Below, in pieces: positions 60,590 to 64,000 of a DNA stretch of 64,000 nt. Location: assembly GCA_001179505.1 (NCBI GenBank), contig CDMY01000319.1:1-64000 (forward strand), in the 5' to 3' direction. The notes under the pieces are model-generated. The model made no database searches, was not told the DNA's origin, and was given only the letters and a program-made list of their open reading frames with translations. The DNA comes from Vitrella brassicaformis CCMP3155 (Eukaryota > Protista > Chromerida). Numbering within the stretch: the stretch's first letter is position 1; every line of letters starts with the position of its first letter. The position numbers and the translations under genes are program-made.

Positions 60590-63010
60590 CACCCACTCAC
60601 ACGAATGAATGCACAGACACGTCAGTCGGTAGTCAGCATCAGAGTCAGTGTCATCCGTCTCTCTACTGTGGCTACTCGCGTGTGTGGGTGCGGTTGATGC
60701 ACGAAGCGCACACGTCCAGCAGCGAGGCCATGGCTGGTGGACAAGGCTGGCTGTCGCTGGGGTGAGGTGTTGGTCTGATCCCGCATCGCCGCCGCGCCTC
60801 GTCTTGCCTCGCTCGCAGCGACAGCCTCACATGGTCGAAGACATTGATGTGCTGACAGATACACACACACGCCACACACCATTCTCTTTCCCTGTGTCGG
60901 TGTGGTGTGGTTGGGTCGACAGGCTTATACGTACCTCGTTCCTGGCGTGTTGGATCGTTTCGTGGACCCAGTTCTCTGCGGCCACCTGCAGATGCCAGAG
61001 GGCGTCCAGGCCGGGCTGCGCGTTGAGGTCAGGCAGCCTGGTGCCCATCACGGTGACCTTCAGGCTGACACACACACACACACACATGTACACGGCGATA
61101 ATGCATGCGTCTTTGTGGTGTGTCTTATGTGGGCTGACTGTGCGATCACACACTGCTCATACACCTGCACACACACACAGAAAGCCACACACACATATAC
61201 ACACACATGAGCTGTCTGTCTATGTTTGTGTGTGACTGACTGACAGACTCACGTGGTACGGAAACCGTTGAGGCGCTCCTCTGTAGCCGCCCTGCTCGCC
61301 CGCCTCGCCATTTCTGCCGCTGTTGGTGCCGCTGTTGGTGGTGGTGGTGTCATGTGCACAGGGGGCAGGTGTGTGTGTCTGGTGGTGTGTGTGGTTGGGC
61401 GGGCATGATGCGGCGGCGTGGCTGCTCGACTGGCTGAAGGCACTGACGAAGGAATCCAAATGGTCCCGTTCGACAGGCAGCAGGACGTCGTTGTAGTGGA
61501 GCAGGAGGTGGGACGACAGCGCGAGCAGGTCATGGACGGCACTGGCCGACACGGCGCCCATCTGACGCATGGCTGCCTCGCGCTGCCCGATCTCCACCAT
61601 CAGCTGTTGGGACTGGATGTGGCTCGGGTCGTGCATGGCGTGTGGCTGTGGCTGTGGCTGCACCTCTCCCTCTCCCTCCCCTCCCTCCCCACAGCTGTTG
61701 ATGTTGTCAGCGGTGCGGCGTCTCTGGTTGTAGTAGGTGCGTGCCGCATTGACGAGCCAGTCGGGTGTGTTGGACAAGTACATCTCACTCAGACGACAGG
61801 CGACCACCCAAAGCCCCCTGCACACACACAGAGACAACAGACGGGGAGAGAGGGGCAGTGAATGGATGGCGTTGCACGTGTATGTCTCTGTGTGTGTGTT
61901 GTGTACGTGTGCATCGGTGCTTGCGTACAGATGTGCCGCACACGATGCGATTTTTTCCTTCTTGAGTGGCCACGTCACCTTCGTACACTCTGCACACACA
62001 CACACACACACAGATTCATTCAACCATCTGTGTGGTGTATATGAAATACCAGGCGCCAGCAGCGATCTGTTTGCTATGAACTTGAGCACGCCGAGCTCCG
62101 CTCGCCCCAACTCCAACGTCGAGCCAGACTGGTACGCTGGCACCTGATGACACACTCATCACACCATCACGATACACACGTACTCGTGTGAGCCGTTCCC
62201 CCGTCTCCACGATCGTGTGTGTGTCAGGTGACCTCGCCCTCGGTGTCTTGCTCGAAGAGTTTGGCGATGGCTGTCTGGACTTGAGCCTCGGGCAACGACG
62301 ACAAGAACTCCTGCACCGTTGTCATCTTGTTGTGCTGCTGCTGCTGCTGGTTGCTGCGGCCGGCGACACTCTGGGGCGGGCGGCCGCGCTTCTTGGGCTG
62401 GGCGTGGCTCGTGTTGGTGCTGATGTGTGTGCCTATGTCGGTGTGCGATGGGTGTGCCGGTGGGTGGAGGTCATGGCTGCTGATGGTGGTGAGCACACCC
62501 TTGTCATCGTCGTCGCTGCTGCTGTCGGCCTCCATCCCACGATTCATCCAGACCTCCTGCACACAGAAGAGACAGACACACCGAGACACGCAGAGACAAT
62601 CAATCAATCAATCATCCATTCGTTGCCTGCCTGTGTGTCTGTGTGTCTGTCTGTCTGCATGTAGGTACCTTCTCCAAGTCATGCAGCATGCTGTCAAAAT
62701 CCTTTACTACGGCCGTAGCCTTTCGCTCAGTGACCATGTCAGTGACTCGCGGAAGCATCTCTATCACTGTCGTCACTCAAGATGAAGAGCTGTCTATCGG
62801 CGGCCGATGATCGACTGACTCGCGAAGCAAATAGTATATGCGTATAAGCAAACGATCGGCCGATCGAAATACAAATGATCATGAACAGAACCGTTAATTC
62901 ACACGAAGAGCCAGTGTGCACAACGATAATCATGTCTGCCTCTTGCATTCACACAACGCGCAGCTTATTACTCAATCAGGCATCACTCACTGTCCCCTCA
63001 GACTATGCAC
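60590..63010 (-). repeat. Inverted segmental duplication, copy B (empty site, no retroelement)
   Basis: Reverse complement of 10323-10533 plus 12543-14590, with SNPs and small indels. Confidence 0.95.
60622..62758 (-). CDS. AT-hook hypothetical protein, copy B (complete)
   Basis: Exon 1 (62758-62669) encodes MLPRVTDMVTERKATAVVKDFDSMLHDLEK and splices in phase 0 to EVWMNRG. Contains KKRGRPP. Ends LTLMLTTD*. Confidence 0.8.
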
Positions 63011-63085
63011 ACGCACGGGCAGTTGTGAATTGTGCCTGCGAGGAAAAGGCAGGGAAGGAAAGAGACAGGAAGAGTTTTCGGTGAC

Positions 63086-64000
63086 TCACAGAAAGCTCTC
63101 GCTCGGTTTGCCCATCAGGGTGGCGGGAGCTCCCTTAGCGACACTTGTCTCCTCCGCCTCATCCAGCGGGTTGGACTGTGCACGTAAAGCGATCAGATGC
63201 TGAGACTCTCTTCGCACGTCACTTGATTGCCCTCTCGAAGCGAGTGTCATCGCCTCGGTGGCTTTGCTCTTCGTCTCATGAACAGCTGGCAGGACAGCTC
63301 TGCCCTCCCCAACGTCAGTGGAAAGCTCAATGGGGAGCGAAATAGGAAACGAATCTGAGGAAAAGTCACGTTTCCCCATCATGTTGCGTCTTGTGGGTGT
63401 TGTTATGCGTGATTACCTGACCTTCGTGCCTCCAGTGATGGGCAGCCACACCGGCATTCTGTGCCATGCCAAAGTCCTCCAGTCCTCCTCCACTACTCGT
63501 ATCACACTTCGCGAGAGCGTCAGGGCCTGAAGCATGAAGACAGGAAGATTGGCCGAGCCGCAGGATGTGTTTTCTTCTGTTTACCGCCGCCATGGTTGAC
63601 GATGGGGAAAATTTGATTGAAGCGCAGCATCAGAAGCAGGAAGAATATCACCCAAAAAGAGAAATGCCATATCCAATACATATCGGGACTGACATCAGAC
63701 ATACACATCCACAGATCCGTTCCAGGCAGGTCGTCTCCGTCTCCACCCCTGCTATTGCTTACGTCGGTATGCCGTAGACAGACAGGTAAAAAAGAAAGCC
63801 ACATCCCCATATGATGGCCAAGCTTATCGTCGCCCTGATAATGTACCGGCAAGAAAACCAGCACACTGTGGTCCATGACCGCTTGTGTTATTGCGACGTA
63901 CCACAGCCAGTGATATTCGAGTGACGGCCCAACCCCTGGGAGGGCGTAGTCAACCTGAAGAGTCAGCCACGTTGCAGAAAGATCAGCCACGTCAGTAGAG
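63086..64000 (-). CDS. Possible 3' part of a hypothetical gene running off the window
   Basis: Coding-like ORFs at 63086-63382 and 63520-63990. No recognisable domain. Confidence 0.3.

Overview
Eukaryotic, intron-rich, GC-rich nuclear DNA whose introns are full of (GT)n, (CAGA)n and (GGAT)n microsatellites. The intron style, lineage-type ankyrin and F-box-like genes and bipartite plastid leaders suggest a chromerid alveolate such as Vitrella brassicaformis (inference). There are two 300-N gaps. Genes reconstructed by hand-splicing: SRR1-like, an ankyrin protein, succinyl-CoA ligase alpha, an F-box-like orphan, LRRC49-like, an RRM protein, a plant-type vacuolar sorting receptor, PP1, proteasome alpha5, an EST1/SMG6-TPR plus Regnase-type NYN nuclease (Smg6L-like), MnSOD with an apparent thylakoid-lumen leader, a plastid-targeted PfkB kinase, a DUF4485/CEP112-like protein, a tetraspan membrane protein and a PIWI-clade Argonaute. 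The most striking structure is an inverted segmental duplication (about 10.3-14.6 kb versus 60.6-63.0 kb) of an AT-hook gene. In the left copy a 5'-truncated CRE-clade non-LTR retrotransposon has replaced exon 1. The right copy preserves the empty site and converges on the Piwi gene. The Piwi gene has a non-canonical catalytic tetrad, an apparent frameshift and an in-frame TAG. Exon boundaries are manual and approximate. No tRNA, rRNA, snRNA or CRISPR array was recognised.
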